A DNA stretch of 64,000 bases from an uncultured Verrucomicrobiae bacterium (GCA_963764165.1 CAVXRD010000002.1:928001-992000), one strand, 5' to 3'; positions 19,499 through 30,688 are shown, counted from the first letter of the stretch. Numbers and translations: made by a program. The notes: generated from the letters alone by a model not told the origin.

Positions 19499-19957
19499 TC
19501 ACTCCCCCGCCTGCGCCGTCGCCCACTTGATGAATTCCGCCCGTTGCTCGTCGGTGAGGCGCGCTTCGGGGTGCATGCGGGTGTATTGCGGCATGGGCAT
19601 GTCGCGGCTTTCGAGATCGTCGGCGACGTTGCGCCAGCGTTTGCGGACGCGCTTCTCGTCGCCGCGGGGCCAGTCGGAGAAATTCATGACGGCGCGGGCG
19701 GCGGTGACGTCTCTGACGATATACCACGAGACTGGCGCCACGTAGCTATACCACGGCCACTTGGTTTCGTGAGAATGGCAGTCGTAGCAGGAGTTTTTCA
19801 GCATGGCCGCGATGGCGGGCGGCGGCGGGTTGCTGGCCATGAGATCGTGTCCGGGAAGGATCGGCGGGTTTTCGTGGCGCGGATTGGTCAACTGAAGTCC
19901 GCCGAAGCCCAGCGCCATCAGCGCCGCGCTCCATTTTAGCCACTTCTTGATTTTCAC
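19499..19957 (-). CDS. Heme-binding domain protein (cytochrome c type)
   Basis: N-terminal TM/signal, SCYDCHS CxxCH, WPWYSYVAPVSW, MPMPQY. Confidence 0.88.
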   Translation of the reverse strand: MKIKKWLKWSAALMALGFGGLQLTNPRHENPPILPGHDLMASNPPPPAIAAMLKNSCYDCHSHETKWPWYSYVAPVSWYIVRDVTAARAVMNFSDWPRGDEKRVRKRWRNVADDLESRDMPMPQYTRMHPEARLTDEQRAEFIKWATAQAGE

Positions 19958-21000
19958 GGTTCGGGATGCGGAGGCAGAATGCGACGCCCCATTTCCTCCA
20001 ATCTTCCGGCAACCCGGCTGATTAAATCCAGACTAATCGCATCCAAATCATCGCCGTCTTCCACGAATTTGGCCAGGTACTCGGCCGATTGCGTCTTCAA
20101 CCCGGCCCGCGTGCAAACAATGTAAGCCACTGATTCGGCCTCGATTTCCGCCACCGCCTCGGACAAGTTCAGCCGGAACGGCCAAGAACCGTCCCGGTCG
20201 GCCCCGACGTGTCCCAGAAAAATATGCGCCAGCTCATGGCAAAGAACGCCGTAAGCCGCCGCGTCGTCGAGATCGTCGCGCACGCCGACGCGCATTTTCC
20301 AATCCGGCTGGCGCGAGCGCGCGGTGGCAAACCCTCCGTTCCATTGGCTCATCGGCACGCGCTTGACCTGAATGCGGTCGCGCTCGCAATTCTTGAGGGT
20401 CTTGTCAAGAATAGCCGGGTCGAAGCGTCCGCCGGCCCTGGCGATGCCGCGCATTTGCTCCGGCAGCGGAGGGCCTTCGGTGTCAACAATATCGTAGACA
20501 AACAGCACAGGCGTGCGCGGGGCCAGGATCACCATCCCGCGCGCCTCCGGCTTGATCGCGCGGCCGAATTCCTTGCGCCAATGATTGGCGGTGGCGTAGA
20601 AAACGGCCTGCGGGTTCTGGCTGTAAACCAGCATGTTGTTGAACGGCGAATATTCACGGAATTTCGCGACAAATTCCACCGCCTCGGAAAATTTCCGCGA
20701 TTTCCGAAAGCGCCGGCTGCGCGCGAAAAGCTCGTCAATCGAGGATTGATGCTGCTGGGAAGGATCGCCGCCTTCGGCCAGCGCCTCGGTGATCGCGCCC
20801 GCGTTCAGCGTGTAAATAAGAAATTTGCGCTGGGCGTCCGGAAGATCGCGGCGGGCGCGGAGTTCGTCCAGGACGCCTGGGAGAATGAGCCGGGCGGGCC
20901 AGCCGCCCTCGGCCTCGATGTCGCGCAGCAAGTCGGCGGGCGAACCGTGGCGGCGGCCAATCCAACCGAGCACAAACGTTGCCGCCTCGCCGCGCGTCAT
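19954..21000 (-). CDS. ArdC-like ssDNA-binding domain plus ImmA/IrrE-type HExxH metallopeptidase
   Basis: YSPFNNMLVYSQNP...W...GR.IKP...ILAP, VYDIVDT, then HELAH and EIEAESVAY. Confidence 0.75.
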   Translation of the reverse strand: MTRGEAATFVLGWIGRRHGSPADLLRDIEAEGGWPARLILPGVLDELRARRDLPDAQRKFLIYTLNAGAITEALAEGGDPSQQHQSSIDELFARSRRFRKSRKFSEAVEFVAKFREYSPFNNMLVYSQNPQAVFYATANHWRKEFGRAIKPEARGMVILAPRTPVLFVYDIVDTEGPPLPEQMRGIARAGGRFDPAILDKTLKNCERDRIQVKRVPMSQWNGGFATARSRQPDWKMRVGVRDDLDDAAAYGVLCHELAHIFLGHVGADRDGSWPFRLNLSEAVAEIEAESVAYIVCTRAGLKTQSAEYLAKFVEDGDDLDAISLDLISRVAGRLEEMGRRILPPHPEP

Positions 21001-23804
21001 GTTTTTTGGCGGTCCAGGATGCGGCGAACCTTGGTCAGGAAGGCGTCGGGATGAAATGGTTTCTGCAGGAACTGGAATGGCCGGTTGAGCTTGCCCCATT
21101 GCGAAGCCTCCTGGTCGGAATAGCCGGAAATGAAAAGCACGCGCAGCGCCGGGCGCGTTTCGCCGAGGCGCCGGGCCAGCTCGAGTCCGCTGAATCCGGG
21201 CATGGTCACGTCTGTCACCAATAAATCAATCCCCTGCTCCCGGGATTCGGCGAGGGCCAGGGCGTCTTCGCCGTGCCGGGCGTCAAGAACACAATAACCC
21301 GCGGCCTTCAAAACCTCCACCAGCATCATGCGCACCAGCTCCTCGTCTTCCACCAGGAGGACGGTTTCGCTCCCGCCGCCGCCCTTGGTTATCAAATGGC
21401 TTGATTCTTCGTCTCCGGCCTGGCCTTCGAAACGAGGCAGGTAAATGTGGAAGCACGTTCCTTTTCCAACAGCGGTTGTGACCGTGATTTCGCCGCCGGA
21501 CTGCTTGACGACGCCGTAGACATTGGACAGGCCAAGCCCGGTTCCTTTGCCGGCCTCCTTGGTGGTGTAAAACGGCTCGAACAAATGCGACATCACTTCA
21601 TCGCTCATCCCGCATCCCGTATCGCACACGCTGAGCACCGCATACGAACCCGCCGGAAGATGGCCGGACGAAAACATTTTTTGCTCCGCGAAGGCGGCAC
21701 GGCTGGTTTCGATTTTCAGGACACCGCCTTTCGGCATGGCGTCGCGGGCGTTGATGGCGAGGTTCAAAATGATCTGCTCCATCTGGCCCGGATCGGCCCG
21801 GATGCACGAAACGGGCTCGCCGAGAACAAGTTTCAATTCGATCGTTTCGCCGAGCACGCGCTCCATCAAGTGCGTCATTTCCGCCACAATTTTGTTCAGC
21901 GCGAGGAGCTTTGGTTTCACCACCTGCTTGCGGCTGAAGGCCAGCAATTGGCGCGTGAGCGAACTGGCGTGGGCCAGGGACTTTTGGATGTTCTCGACGA
22001 TTTCGTGGTTCGGATCCTTCGGGGGCAAGCGGCGATCCAGCAAGTTGCTGTAGCCGAGGATCGCCTGCATCAAGTTGTTGAAATCGTGCGCGATGCCGCC
22101 AGCCAGCCGCCCCACCGCTTCCATCTTTTGCGATTGGCGGTATTGCTCCTCCAGTTGCTTGCGCTCGGCAATGTCACGCACCACCACGATGAGCATCGGC
22201 GAGCCGCCGCGAAAAATTTCGCTGATCGCCAGATCAATTGGCGTGGGAATGCCATTGCCGCGAAGGGCGGTCATCTCGATGACTTTGGGCGGATTTTCTC
22301 CCAGGTTGCGCGCGAGGTAATCGGTGTATTTGGGCCAATCATTGGGCTCGAAAAAACTCTGGATCGACTTATGCAGAACCTGGGCCGAGGAACGGATGAA
22401 GATGCGCTCGGCGGCCGGGTTGATCATATTGACGGTGCCATCACGGTCGAGCACCATCACCCCGTCCACCATGCTGTCAAGAATAGCGCGAAAACGCTCT
22501 TCTCCCAGGCGCAGCGCCTGCTCGGATTCCTTGCGGCGCGTGATGTCCTGCATGACGGCTTGGAACTCGCAAAGCTCTCCAATGTCATCGAAGAGGGCGC
22601 GCACGGTGCATTGCTGCCAGATCAGGCGGCCATCGCCGAGCAGCACTTTGTTGTCGAAGGCTTGCAGCGGTTCGGAGGGAGTCAGTTTCGCGAATTGCTG
22701 CAGCGGAATTTCGCGATCCTGCTCCGCCAGCGATGGGAAGAAATTGGCGCCGATCAGTTGCGCGCGCGTTTTTCCATGAAAACGGCAGTAAGACTGGTTG
22801 ACGAACGTCAGCGTGCCATCGCGGCGGAAACGGCAGATGAGATCCGTCTGATCTTCAACGACGGCGCGGTAGCGTTTCTCGCTTTCCTCCAATTCGCGCT
22901 TGGCGACTTCCCGTTCCACCGCCGCGCTGGCCAAGAGCAGATTTCCCACCGCCACCACGCCAATGTAACAGCCGATCAGCGTGAGGCTGTAAGTCAGGCC
23001 AGCCTTGTCCGTGCCAATCCAAAACGGCCCGCGCCGATGCAGCAATTCAAAAATCGACATGGCGGCGACGGCGAAGGTCCCGGTGGTGGCTCCGCGCTGT
23101 CCGAAGCGCAAGGCGGCCCAGACCATGAACGGATAAGGCAGAAATGCGAGTGGATAACTTTCGATTCCGTAGGAATTGAACGATAATTGCGTCCCCGCCA
23201 CCAGGCCCGCCGCGCAGCAGACCGCTTCAAACGGCCACCGCTTGTAAAGCCGCAGCGCGGTCGGAGTGCTCCAGGCGAGAATGATGGGCGTCACCACCAG
23301 AGCGCCCATGGCATTGGGAACCCACCACGCGGTGACATTGGCGAGAAGCTGGTCCCAGGGCAGCACATGGCTGAAGCACAAGCCCATGGCGTTGAAAGCC
23401 GCGTTGACAGTGGTGCCCAAAAAGCAGGCGAACAAAATAAAACCAACGGCGTGGCGCAAACGCTCCATCGGATTCTGAAAATGGACGAAGCGTTCCAGCA
23501 GGTAGGCGCACACGAGCGCGCCAGCGGTGTTGCCAATGGCGGTTGAAACGGTGAAAAATCCGAAGGGCGATCCGAAACTCGAACCTTGCGCCAGCGTGAA
23601 AACCCAGGCCCCGATGGCGACTCCCCACCACATCCGGTAGCCAAAGAGAAGAATCCCCGCCAGCGCGATGCCCGAAGGCGGCCAGACCAATGCCACCTCG
23701 CCTCCCATAAAAGAGGATTTGCTGCCCAGCACCCCGCCTACCACATACAACGCCGCCAACAACAGTGCTCCCACTGGCGTGGACAGGCGGGACGATTTCT
23801 TCAT
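20997..23804 (-). CDS. MASE1-PAS-PAS hybrid histidine kinase/response regulator
   Basis: MASE1 ([16 protein letters not shown]), two PAS domains, [24 protein letters not shown]-terminal REC. Confidence 0.93.
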   Translation of the reverse strand: MKKSSRLSTPVGALLLAALYVVGGVLGSKSSFMGGEVALVWPPSGIALAGILLFGYRMWWGVAIGAWVFTLAQGSSFGSPFGFFTVSTAIGNTAGALVCAYLLERFVHFQNPMERLRHAVGFILFACFLGTTVNAAFNAMGLCFSHVLPWDQLLANVTAWWVPNAMGALVVTPIILAWSTPTALRLYKRWPFEAVCCAAGLVAGTQLSFNSYGIESYPLAFLPYPFMVWAALRFGQRGATTGTFAVAAMSIFELLHRRGPFWIGTDKAGLTYSLTLIGCYIGVVAVGNLLLASAAVEREVAKRELEESEKRYRAVVEDQTDLICRFRRDGTLTFVNQSYCRFHGKTRAQLIGANFFPSLAEQDREIPLQQFAKLTPSEPLQAFDNKVLLGDGRLIWQQCTVRALFDDIGELCEFQAVMQDITRRKESEQALRLGEERFRAILDSMVDGVMVLDRDGTVNMINPAAERIFIRSSAQVLHKSIQSFFEPNDWPKYTDYLARNLGENPPKVIEMTALRGNGIPTPIDLAISEIFRGGSPMLIVVVRDIAERKQLEEQYRQSQKMEAVGRLAGGIAHDFNNLMQAILGYSNLLDRRLPPKDPNHEIVENIQKSLAHASSLTRQLLAFSRKQVVKPKLLALNKIVAEMTHLMERVLGETIELKLVLGEPVSCIRADPGQMEQIILNLAINARDAMPKGGVLKIETSRAAFAEQKMFSSGHLPAGSYAVLSVCDTGCGMSDEVMSHLFEPFYTTKEAGKGTGLGLSNVYGVVKQSGGEITVTTAVGKGTCFHIYLPRFEGQAGDEESSHLITKGGGGSETVLLVEDEELVRMMLVEVLKAAGYCVLDARHGEDALALAESREQGIDLLVTDVTMPGFSGLELARRLGETRPALRVLFISGYSDQEASQWGKLNRPFQFLQKPFHPDAFLTKVRRILDRQKT

Positions 23805-23807
23805 GCT

Positions 23808-26675
23808 TTATCTGGCAGCCCGCACCGCAGTGACGCATCGCCCGCATAGCAGCGGGTGTTCGGCGCAAGCGCCGACGTCCATCTCCCAATGCCAGCAGCG
23901 CTCACATTTTGTCCCCAAGGCCTTGACGGCTTCGGCGGACACGGCTCCGGCTTCCCCAGACGTGCTCAAAACGAGCTGGGACACATTTAATAATTCTCGC
24001 AACGACTCTTGTTCTTCAACGGTCAGGGTTCCTAGTTCCTGGGCCGCGCCGCTCAGTATAATCTTGGCATCCAATGCTTTGCCAATGTTTTTTGCCTGCC
24101 GTTCCTTTTCCAGGCAGGCCAGCGCGGCGGGCCGGATTTCAAAAATTTGCTTCCAAACCGCGCTCTCGCGCTCGGACAACGCAAACGGCTTCGGCTCCCA
24201 AGTCGATAAATGCACCGAGGCAGCACCGTGGCCGGGAATGAATTCCCACGCTTCGTCTGTTGTGAAAACGAGCATCGGCGAAAGAATCTGGCATAGTCCC
24301 CGCACCATGCGCCACAGGGCGGTTTGAGTGGAACGGCGCCGAAGGGAATTGGCAGCGTCGGTGTAAAGACGATCTTTCACCGCATCGTGGTAAATGGCGG
24401 AAAGTTCGACGCCGGCGAACTGGCTGACCTTCTGGTAAACGACATGGAATTCGTGGCGGTCGTATGCAGCGGCCACGTCAGTTTCCAATTTGGAAAATTC
24501 CGCCAGCACCCAGCGATCCAGCGAGGTCAATTTTTCGTCGGGCGCCGAATGCTGCGCCGGGTCGAAGTCGTATAGATTCGAGAGCTGATAGCGCAGCGTG
24601 TTGCGCAAATGGCGATACGTCTCGCCGACGGTGTTGAGACGCTCGTCGCTGACAACGATGTCGTTGCGGTAATCCTGCGAGGAGACCCAGAGGCGGACCA
24701 CGTCCGCGCCGTATTTCTTGACGTAGGCTTCGGCGGTTTGCGGTTTGTCGTAGCCGCCCTTGCCTTGCTTGCTCTTGGAAATTTTCTCGCGATCCGCGTC
24801 CACCATGAAACCGTGCGTCAACACAGTTTTGAACGGTGCCGCGCCGTTGCCGGCCAGCGAGAGCAGGAGCGAGGATTGGAACCAGCCGCGATGCTGGTCG
24901 CTGCCTTCGAGATAAATGTCCGCCTGGAACGGTTTTCCCGCTCCGCGAATTTCCTCCCGGCGCGCGATCACGGCCCGCGACGAACTTCCCGAATCGATCC
25001 ACACGTCGAGCGTGTCGACGGATTTGGTCGCGGCTTCCGCGCCCTTCCAATTTTGCGGACGCACGAGGGGCCACAATTCGGCCACTGGCTTTTCAAACCA
25101 AACGTTCGAGCCGTGCTGATCAATCAGCGCTGCCGTGGCTCGGACGATTTCAGCGTCAAGCATAGGTTCGCCCGTGCTGTCATAAAACGCCGGGATCGGC
25201 ACGCCCCATGTGCGCTGCCGGGAAATGCACCAATCCGGCCGCGATTCCACCGCGCCTTTGATCCGGTTGACGCCCCAATCCGGAATCCATTTGACGCGGT
25301 CGATTTCGGCGAGTGCCTGCTGCCGGAAATTCTCGTGGTCAATTTTGATGAACCATTGATCCATCGCGCGAAAAATGATGGGCGTCTTGCTGCGCCAGCA
25401 ATGCGGGTAACTGTGGCGGTAATCCTCCAATTTCAACAGCGCCCGCTTCCGGCGCAGCGTGTCAAGAACAATTTCGTTCGCGTCGCTTTTGCCATTCTTG
25501 GCGAGGATGGACTTGCCCAGCATCTCAGCGGGCATCTGCTGTTCCACCGGCAATTCGTTGGAGTAGGCGAATGCGCCGTCATCGTTGACGGGCGAGTAAA
25601 TCGCCAATCCATTTTGGCGGCCGAGATTGTAGTCGTCCAACCCGTGGCCCGGCGCGATATGCACGAAGCCCGTTCCTGCGTCGGCGGTGACAAAAGAATC
25701 ACCGGCGTAAAGTTTGCCCCAGCGCTCGATGAACGGATGTTTATAACTCAAATGCAGGAACGATGCGCCCGCATAGCGTGTGTCAGCAATTTTCGCGCTT
25801 TTCAGCTCCGCTTTGTCGATGAGATTTTGCGCGAGCGCGGTCGCGACGAGCAAATACTCCACGCCGTCTTCGGTCAGGTGTTCGACGAAGCAGTAAGTCA
25901 GATTGCTATTGAACGCGACCGCCAAATTAGCCGGAAGCGTCCACGGCGTGGTCGTCCAGATGACGACATACGCGTTGTCGGGAATGAGGCCGCGCGTTTC
26001 CGGCGCGGATTTCTCAACGTCAATGCGAAATTTTACAAAGATGCTCTGGCTGACGTGATCGGCATATTCGACTTCCGCCTCGGCCAGCGCGGTGCGGCAC
26101 GGGATGCTCCAGTAAACCGGCTTTTTGCCGCGATACACAAAGCCTTTTTCCACGATGTCCGCAAACAGCCGCAACTCGTCCGCCTCGTAAGCCTTGTTCA
26201 GCGTGAGATACGGATGCTCCCAATCACCCAGCACGCCGAGGCGCTTGAATTGCGTGCGCTGGAGATCGATGTATTTGCGGGCATACGCCTCGCAGGCCGT
26301 GCGAATGCTCGCGGCATCGGCGGCGGTGTTGCCGGCTTTGCGCATTTCCTGCGAAACTTTGAATTCGATGGGCAAACCGTGGCAATCCCAGCCGGGAATG
26401 TAGGGCGCCTCGAAATCGCGCAGGCTTTTGTACTTGATGACGAGGTCCTTGAGAATCTTGTTCAGCGCGGTGCCGATGTGGACATCGCCATTGGCGAAAG
26501 GCGGCCCGTCGTGCAGGACGAAGCGAGTTTTTCCCGCGCGCGCCGCCTGGATTTTTTGGTAGAGCTGGCTGCTTTCCCACTGCTGAAGACGCTGCGGCTC
26601 GCGCTCGACCAATCCCGCCTTCATGGCGAAACCGGTGCGCGGCAGGTTCAACGTATCTTTATAGTCCGTCGTCAT
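23808..26675 (-). CDS. ileS: Isoleucine--tRNA ligase (type 1)
   Basis: LHDGPPFANG, GWDCHGLP, WTTTPWTLP, GTGFVH, DWCISRQR, EGSDQHRGWF, C-terminal Zn finger. Confidence 0.98.
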   Translation of the reverse strand: MTTDYKDTLNLPRTGFAMKAGLVEREPQRLQQWESSQLYQKIQAARAGKTRFVLHDGPPFANGDVHIGTALNKILKDLVIKYKSLRDFEAPYIPGWDCHGLPIEFKVSQEMRKAGNTAADAASIRTACEAYARKYIDLQRTQFKRLGVLGDWEHPYLTLNKAYEADELRLFADIVEKGFVYRGKKPVYWSIPCRTALAEAEVEYADHVSQSIFVKFRIDVEKSAPETRGLIPDNAYVVIWTTTPWTLPANLAVAFNSNLTYCFVEHLTEDGVEYLLVATALAQNLIDKAELKSAKIADTRYAGASFLHLSYKHPFIERWGKLYAGDSFVTADAGTGFVHIAPGHGLDDYNLGRQNGLAIYSPVNDDGAFAYSNELPVEQQMPAEMLGKSILAKNGKSDANEIVLDTLRRKRALLKLEDYRHSYPHCWRSKTPIIFRAMDQWFIKIDHENFRQQALAEIDRVKWIPDWGVNRIKGAVESRPDWCISRQRTWGVPIPAFYDSTGEPMLDAEIVRATAALIDQHGSNVWFEKPVAELWPLVRPQNWKGAEAATKSVDTLDVWIDSGSSSRAVIARREEIRGAGKPFQADIYLEGSDQHRGWFQSSLLLSLAGNGAAPFKTVLTHGFMVDADREKISKSKQGKGGYDKPQTAEAYVKKYGADVVRLWVSSQDYRNDIVVSDERLNTVGETYRHLRNTLRYQLSNLYDFDPAQHSAPDEKLTSLDRWVLAEFSKLETDVAAAYDRHEFHVVYQKVSQFAGVELSAIYHDAVKDRLYTDAANSLRRRSTQTALWRMVRGLCQILSPMLVFTTDEAWEFIPGHGAASVHLSTWEPKPFALSERESAVWKQIFEIRPAALACLEKERQAKNIGKALDAKIILSGAAQELGTLTVEEQESLRELLNVSQLVLSTSGEAGAVSAEAVKALGTKCERCWHWEMDVGACAEHPLLCGRCVTAVRAAR

Positions 26676-26833
26676 TTTGGATTCCGTGCGATAACGATAA
26701 TAGCGCCGCAGGAATCCAACGACTCATGCGGCGGCGCACAGTTTAAGCCATCCCAGCCCCGCCGCAAAGCGATAGTTTTGGCAATCCGAGGCAGCGGGTG
26801 CAACGAGAAGCGGGTGATGCGCACAGGCATTTG

Positions 26834-26931
26834 GCGCGGCTGTGTCAAAGACCAGCCGCAGCCACGTGGAATTGACCGACGCGCCTGGAGGGGCAACGCG
26901 CTGCGGCTGGTCTTCGACACAACCGCGCTCC
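26834..26931. repeat. REPIN-like inverted repeat, family B
   Basis: GCGCGGCTGTGTCAAAGACCAGCCGCAGC ... GCTGCGGCTGGTCTTCGACACAACCGCGC; second copy at 36604-36707. Confidence 0.8.
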
Positions 26932-27128
26932 GACCAAAGGGCTGCGTCCCTCGCCCGCTTCTAATCACACCGCAACGACGCCGCATTTCGATTCGCATTC
27001 GAAGCTGTCAACTATTGCCCGTCGCACCGTGTCTTCGCTTAACTCTTTTCAAGGCAGCCCCCCGCGAAAAGCCGTTCCAATTTGCCGATTGGCTTTGCGC
27101 CGAGAATCCGTATTCTATCGGCCACTCT

Positions 27129-29894
27129 ATGAACGAAGAAGTGTCACCCAAACAAAAAAAGTTCAGGACCAGTTTGCTTTTGCTGCTGTTGCTGCTCGGC
27201 GGGTCATTGGCCGTCCTGTGCCACGAGGGCTTCAAGCCTTACGAGGTTTTCTGGAACAACGACCTGCCGATGAGCGCATTGATGGAAAGCTCATCGCGGC
27301 TGCCCGCTTCGTTTCTTGGCAGTTGGGCGGATTATTACTGGCTCGGCGGGGCGACTGCCGCATTTCCCCCTACGCTGTCAAACATGAGCCTGGCCATTTT
27401 TTCACCGGTCCACCAATACAAATTCTACACACCATGCAGCATGTTATTCCTCGGCTTCGGCGCGTGGTTTTTCTTCCGGCAATTGCGGTTCAGCACCATG
27501 GCGTGCGTCATTGGCGGGCTCGGAGCCGGGTTGAACATGCACTTTTTCTCCAACGCCTGCTGGGGGCTGGGGGCGTGGGAAGTTTCGTGCGGCCTGACTT
27601 TTATCGCGCTCGGCATCCTCGTCAGTCCAGGCATCGGGAAGCTCTGGATCAAAGCGGTGCTGGCGGGGTTGTGCGTCGGCATGGCAGTCATGGAGGGCAA
27701 TGACGTCGGGGCGATCTTTAGCATTTACGTCGCCATTTTTCTCCTGTTCCGATTCGTCGTGACGGATGCCAATCCGGCCGCAGGCGCGGGCAAGGCGGTT
27801 TACGTTGGTCTTATTTTGGTGCTGGCCGCGCTGCTGATTTCCCTCAGCACCCTCTCCACGCTGATTGGCACGCAAATGACCGGCACGGTCGGCGGCGGTC
27901 AAAGTGAAGCGGAAAAACGGGCGGCTTGGGATCACAACACCCAGTGGAGCATCCCCAAGATCGAAACCCTCCGCATGTTCATCCCCGGCCTCTTCGGCTA
28001 CCGGCTGGACATGTACACTACTTCGACCAATCCAGCGACTTACTATTGGGGAAGAATCGCCGAAGACCCGACGGTGGGTGAATTGGAAGACAGCGATCCA
28101 GTCGTGCGCAGCAATGCGGTGGCCGCCATTCCGGCTTCGCCCCAGATGCTTGCGCAAATTCAGACGATCATGGCGGGCAATGACCTGTCGGCGCGTCAAA
28201 GCCTCATCGACCAGGTGAAAGGGGCGCTGCAGCGACGCCATACAGGGAGCGGCGAATACACGGGATTGCTGGTCTGCATTCTCGCGGTGTTCGGGTTGGT
28301 CAACGCGTTTCGGAAAACCGGCTCGCCTTACACGCTAGTCGAGCGCCGCATGGTGTTTTTCTGGGGCGCGGTGGCGCTGTTCTCACTGCTGGCGGCCTGG
28401 GGCAGATATGGATTTGTTTACGCTCTCATCTATCACCTCCCGCTGGTGGCCAATTTCCGAAATCCGATGAAATACATGCATCCGCTGAATGTCTGCATGA
28501 TGATTCTGGCCGCCTACGGATTGGAAGCAATGAGCCGCAAGTATTTGACAGGCGCAAAGGACCAAGTGGCAAGCTGGTGGCAGCGGGTCACAAAGTTCGA
28601 GCTCTGGTGGGCCGGGGGCTGCGCGATCTTTTTCGCCCTCGGCGTGGTCGGCTATTTCGAGATGGCCTCGTCGAGAACGCAGCTGATCAACCATCTTGAG
28701 CACAATGGATTCGACATCACGTCCTCCCCTGCTATCGCGGATTTCTCGATTGGCGAAGTGGGTTGGTTCCTCGTTTACGCCGCTGTTTCATTCGCGGTGA
28801 TATTTGGGATCCTGCTCGGATTCTTCTCGGGCAAAAAGGCCGCTGTGGCGTGGACGCTTCTTTCCATCATCATGATTTGCGATTTGTCGCGGGCGGATGC
28901 CCCGTGGGTCCGTTACTACAACTACAAGGAAAAGATCGGCTTGAATCCGGTCACGGAGCTTTTGCAAAAAGAGCCGTGGGAGCATCGCGTCAATTCACGA
29001 GTGTGGCCGGCCGGAGCTTACATGACGCAGGAGCTTACCTATCTGTGCCATTGGTGGCTCGAGAACGATTATCCGTTCCACGACATTCAATCGCTGGAAA
29101 TCGACCAAGCGCCTCGCATGCCAATACTTGACAACAGATACCTTGGGCTGTTCGCGGGGATCTCCGATCATGACCTTTCGCCAGCCACCCGGCTGTGGAG
29201 GCTGACCAACACCCGTTATCTGGTGGCGGGCTACAATTGGGTCGAAGGCCTCAACCAGCTCGGGCAGCCGAAGAACAGCTTCCGCCCCGTGATGCGCCTG
29301 AACCTTGTCAACAAACCTGGCATAACCGTTCCGGAAGATTCAGGCGACCGCACGCTTCTGCCCGCCGACGATGGCCAATATGCCTTGATCGAATACACCG
29401 CGGCATTGCCCCGCGTGAAGCTCTATTCGGATTGGAAGGTTGTCGACGACGAAACCGCGCTGCGCACGCTCGGCTCGGCGGCGTTCGAGCCGGCAAATTC
29501 GGTCTTGGTGGCCAAGGATACGCCGGTGACCGGCTCGACAACGAACACTGTGACGAACGCCGATCCCGGCACGGTGAAAATCACGCAATACCAACCCAAA
29601 CATATCGTCATGGATGCCGACGCGAAGACTTCCGCCGTGCTCCTGCTCAATGATCGAACCGGAGATTCCTGGGAGGTCACCGTGGACGGCCAGCCCGCTC
29701 CGTTCCTGCGCTGCAATTATATTATGCAGGGGACGTTCCTGCCAGCGGGCCATCACAACGTGGAATTCCGCTATCGTCCGCCGCTGAAATTGCTGGCCGT
29801 TAGTTTGACAGCCTTCGCCCTCGGCTTGGTGCTTGCGGGCTGCGTCATCGTGACAAATTTCAGGCGCAAGCCTGATGAGGAGGCGGTCGTCTAA
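27129..29894 (+). CDS. Polytopic membrane protein, YfhO-like (GT-C superfamily)
   Basis: Many TMs; FRNPMKY, LTNTRY, ALPR and C-terminal W...VDG......NY...G..LPAG.H.VEFRY. True start MNEEV, not the long ORF extension. Confidence 0.8.
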   Translation: MNEEVSPKQKKFRTSLLLLLLLLGGSLAVLCHEGFKPYEVFWNNDLPMSALMESSSRLPASFLGSWADYYWLGGATAAFPPTLSNMSLAIFSPVHQYKFYTPCSMLFLGFGAWFFFRQLRFSTMACVIGGLGAGLNMHFFSNACWGLGAWEVSCGLTFIALGILVSPGIGKLWIKAVLAGLCVGMAVMEGNDVGAIFSIYVAIFLLFRFVVTDANPAAGAGKAVYVGLILVLAALLISLSTLSTLIGTQMTGTVGGGQSEAEKRAAWDHNTQWSIPKIETLRMFIPGLFGYRLDMYTTSTNPATYYWGRIAEDPTVGELEDSDPVVRSNAVAAIPASPQMLAQIQTIMAGNDLSARQSLIDQVKGALQRRHTGSGEYTGLLVCILAVFGLVNAFRKTGSPYTLVERRMVFFWGAVALFSLLAAWGRYGFVYALIYHLPLVANFRNPMKYMHPLNVCMMILAAYGLEAMSRKYLTGAKDQVASWWQRVTKFELWWAGGCAIFFALGVVGYFEMASSRTQLINHLEHNGFDITSSPAIADFSIGEVGWFLVYAAVSFAVIFGILLGFFSGKKAAVAWTLLSIIMICDLSRADAPWVRYYNYKEKIGLNPVTELLQKEPWEHRVNSRVWPAGAYMTQELTYLCHWWLENDYPFHDIQSLEIDQAPRMPILDNRYLGLFAGISDHDLSPATRLWRLTNTRYLVAGYNWVEGLNQLGQPKNSFRPVMRLNLVNKPGITVPEDSGDRTLLPADDGQYALIEYTAALPRVKLYSDWKVVDDETALRTLGSAAFEPANSVLVAKDTPVTGSTTNTVTNADPGTVKITQYQPKHIVMDADAKTSAVLLLNDRTGDSWEVTVDGQPAPFLRCNYIMQGTFLPAGHHNVEFRYRPPLKLLAVSLTAFALGLVLAGCVIVTNFRRKPDEEAVV

Positions 29895-29905
29895 GGCTGC
29901 CGACG

Positions 29906-30535
29906 ATGTCAGGCGGCGTTTCATTTTACACACGCGTGGCCATCCTGGCAGGGTTGATGATTATCGCCGGAGCGGTGGATGTTCGGGTGCGGGGGAAAGA
30001 CGCAGTCAGGCCGCGCGAATATCTGTTCATTTGCGCCGCGGTCCTGCTGGGCGGTGTGGTGGGATTTGCGAACGATTGCATCACGTCCACCATTTCGCCG
30101 GATTATTTTATCACAGGCAAGGGGCTGGAAGGCGGCGGCGGACTTCGGTGGCGAGCGGGTGAATTGGGATTTCAATCCGGCCTGTCAGCGGGAGCCATCG
30201 GCGGCTCGCTTTGCCTTTTTCTTCGACCGCGGCGACTGGGTTTTTCCTGGCGTCAATGCCGCGAATTGTTTTGCGGCCTTTGGATTCCGGCTGTCGCAGC
30301 AATCGCGTCGGGGGCCATGATGCCGCTGATTGCGGGCCATGCGGACCCGATGAAATTCTCATCCTCATTAACCCCGCTGCTGTCAACGGAACAACTTGCG
30401 AAATTTACTGAAGTTTGGTGGATGCACACCGGGCTCTACGTGGGTTTGGGAATCGGGCTTTTAGTCGTCATCATCCACCAAAGGCGCAAGCCCGGCTCAA
30501 CTCGGCAGGGCGAGACTCTGTCGAGCCCTGATTAA
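29906..30535 (+). CDS. Hypothetical membrane protein
   Basis: 4-5 hydrophobic segments, conserved-looking D.ITSTISPDYF. Confidence 0.7.
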   Translation: MSGGVSFYTRVAILAGLMIIAGAVDVRVRGKDAVRPREYLFICAAVLLGGVVGFANDCITSTISPDYFITGKGLEGGGGLRWRAGELGFQSGLSAGAIGGSLCLFLRPRRLGFSWRQCRELFCGLWIPAVAAIASGAMMPLIAGHADPMKFSSSLTPLLSTEQLAKFTEVWWMHTGLYVGLGIGLLVVIIHQRRKPGSTRQGETLSSPD

Positions 30536-30591
30536 GTTTTCCGTTGCAGCCGAAGAATCCAGAATGGGCTCGCCGGAGTCTCGCCCTGCCG
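30503..30591. repeat. REPIN-like inverted repeat, family C
   Basis: CGGCAGGGCGAGACTCTGTCGAGCCC ... GGGCTCGCCGGAGTCTCGCCCTGCCG; overlaps the 3' end of the upstream CDS. Confidence 0.75.
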
Positions 30592-30688
30592 GGAAACTTC
30601 GGATTTCCTTGATCTTGACCGTTGCCATTGTATCGTCAGGCAGGAATTGAACTTGCCGCCGCCGCGGGCGGGCATCATTTGCTTGCAT

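Noticed and set aside
24609..27128. N-terminal 840 aa of the 1761-aa plus-strand ORF
   Set aside because: Antisense shadow of ileS plus a REP-containing spacer; the real membrane protein starts at 27129.
26676..27128. T-box riboswitch upstream of ileS
   Set aside because: No T-box motif or terminator was seen; the structure is explained by a family B repeat.
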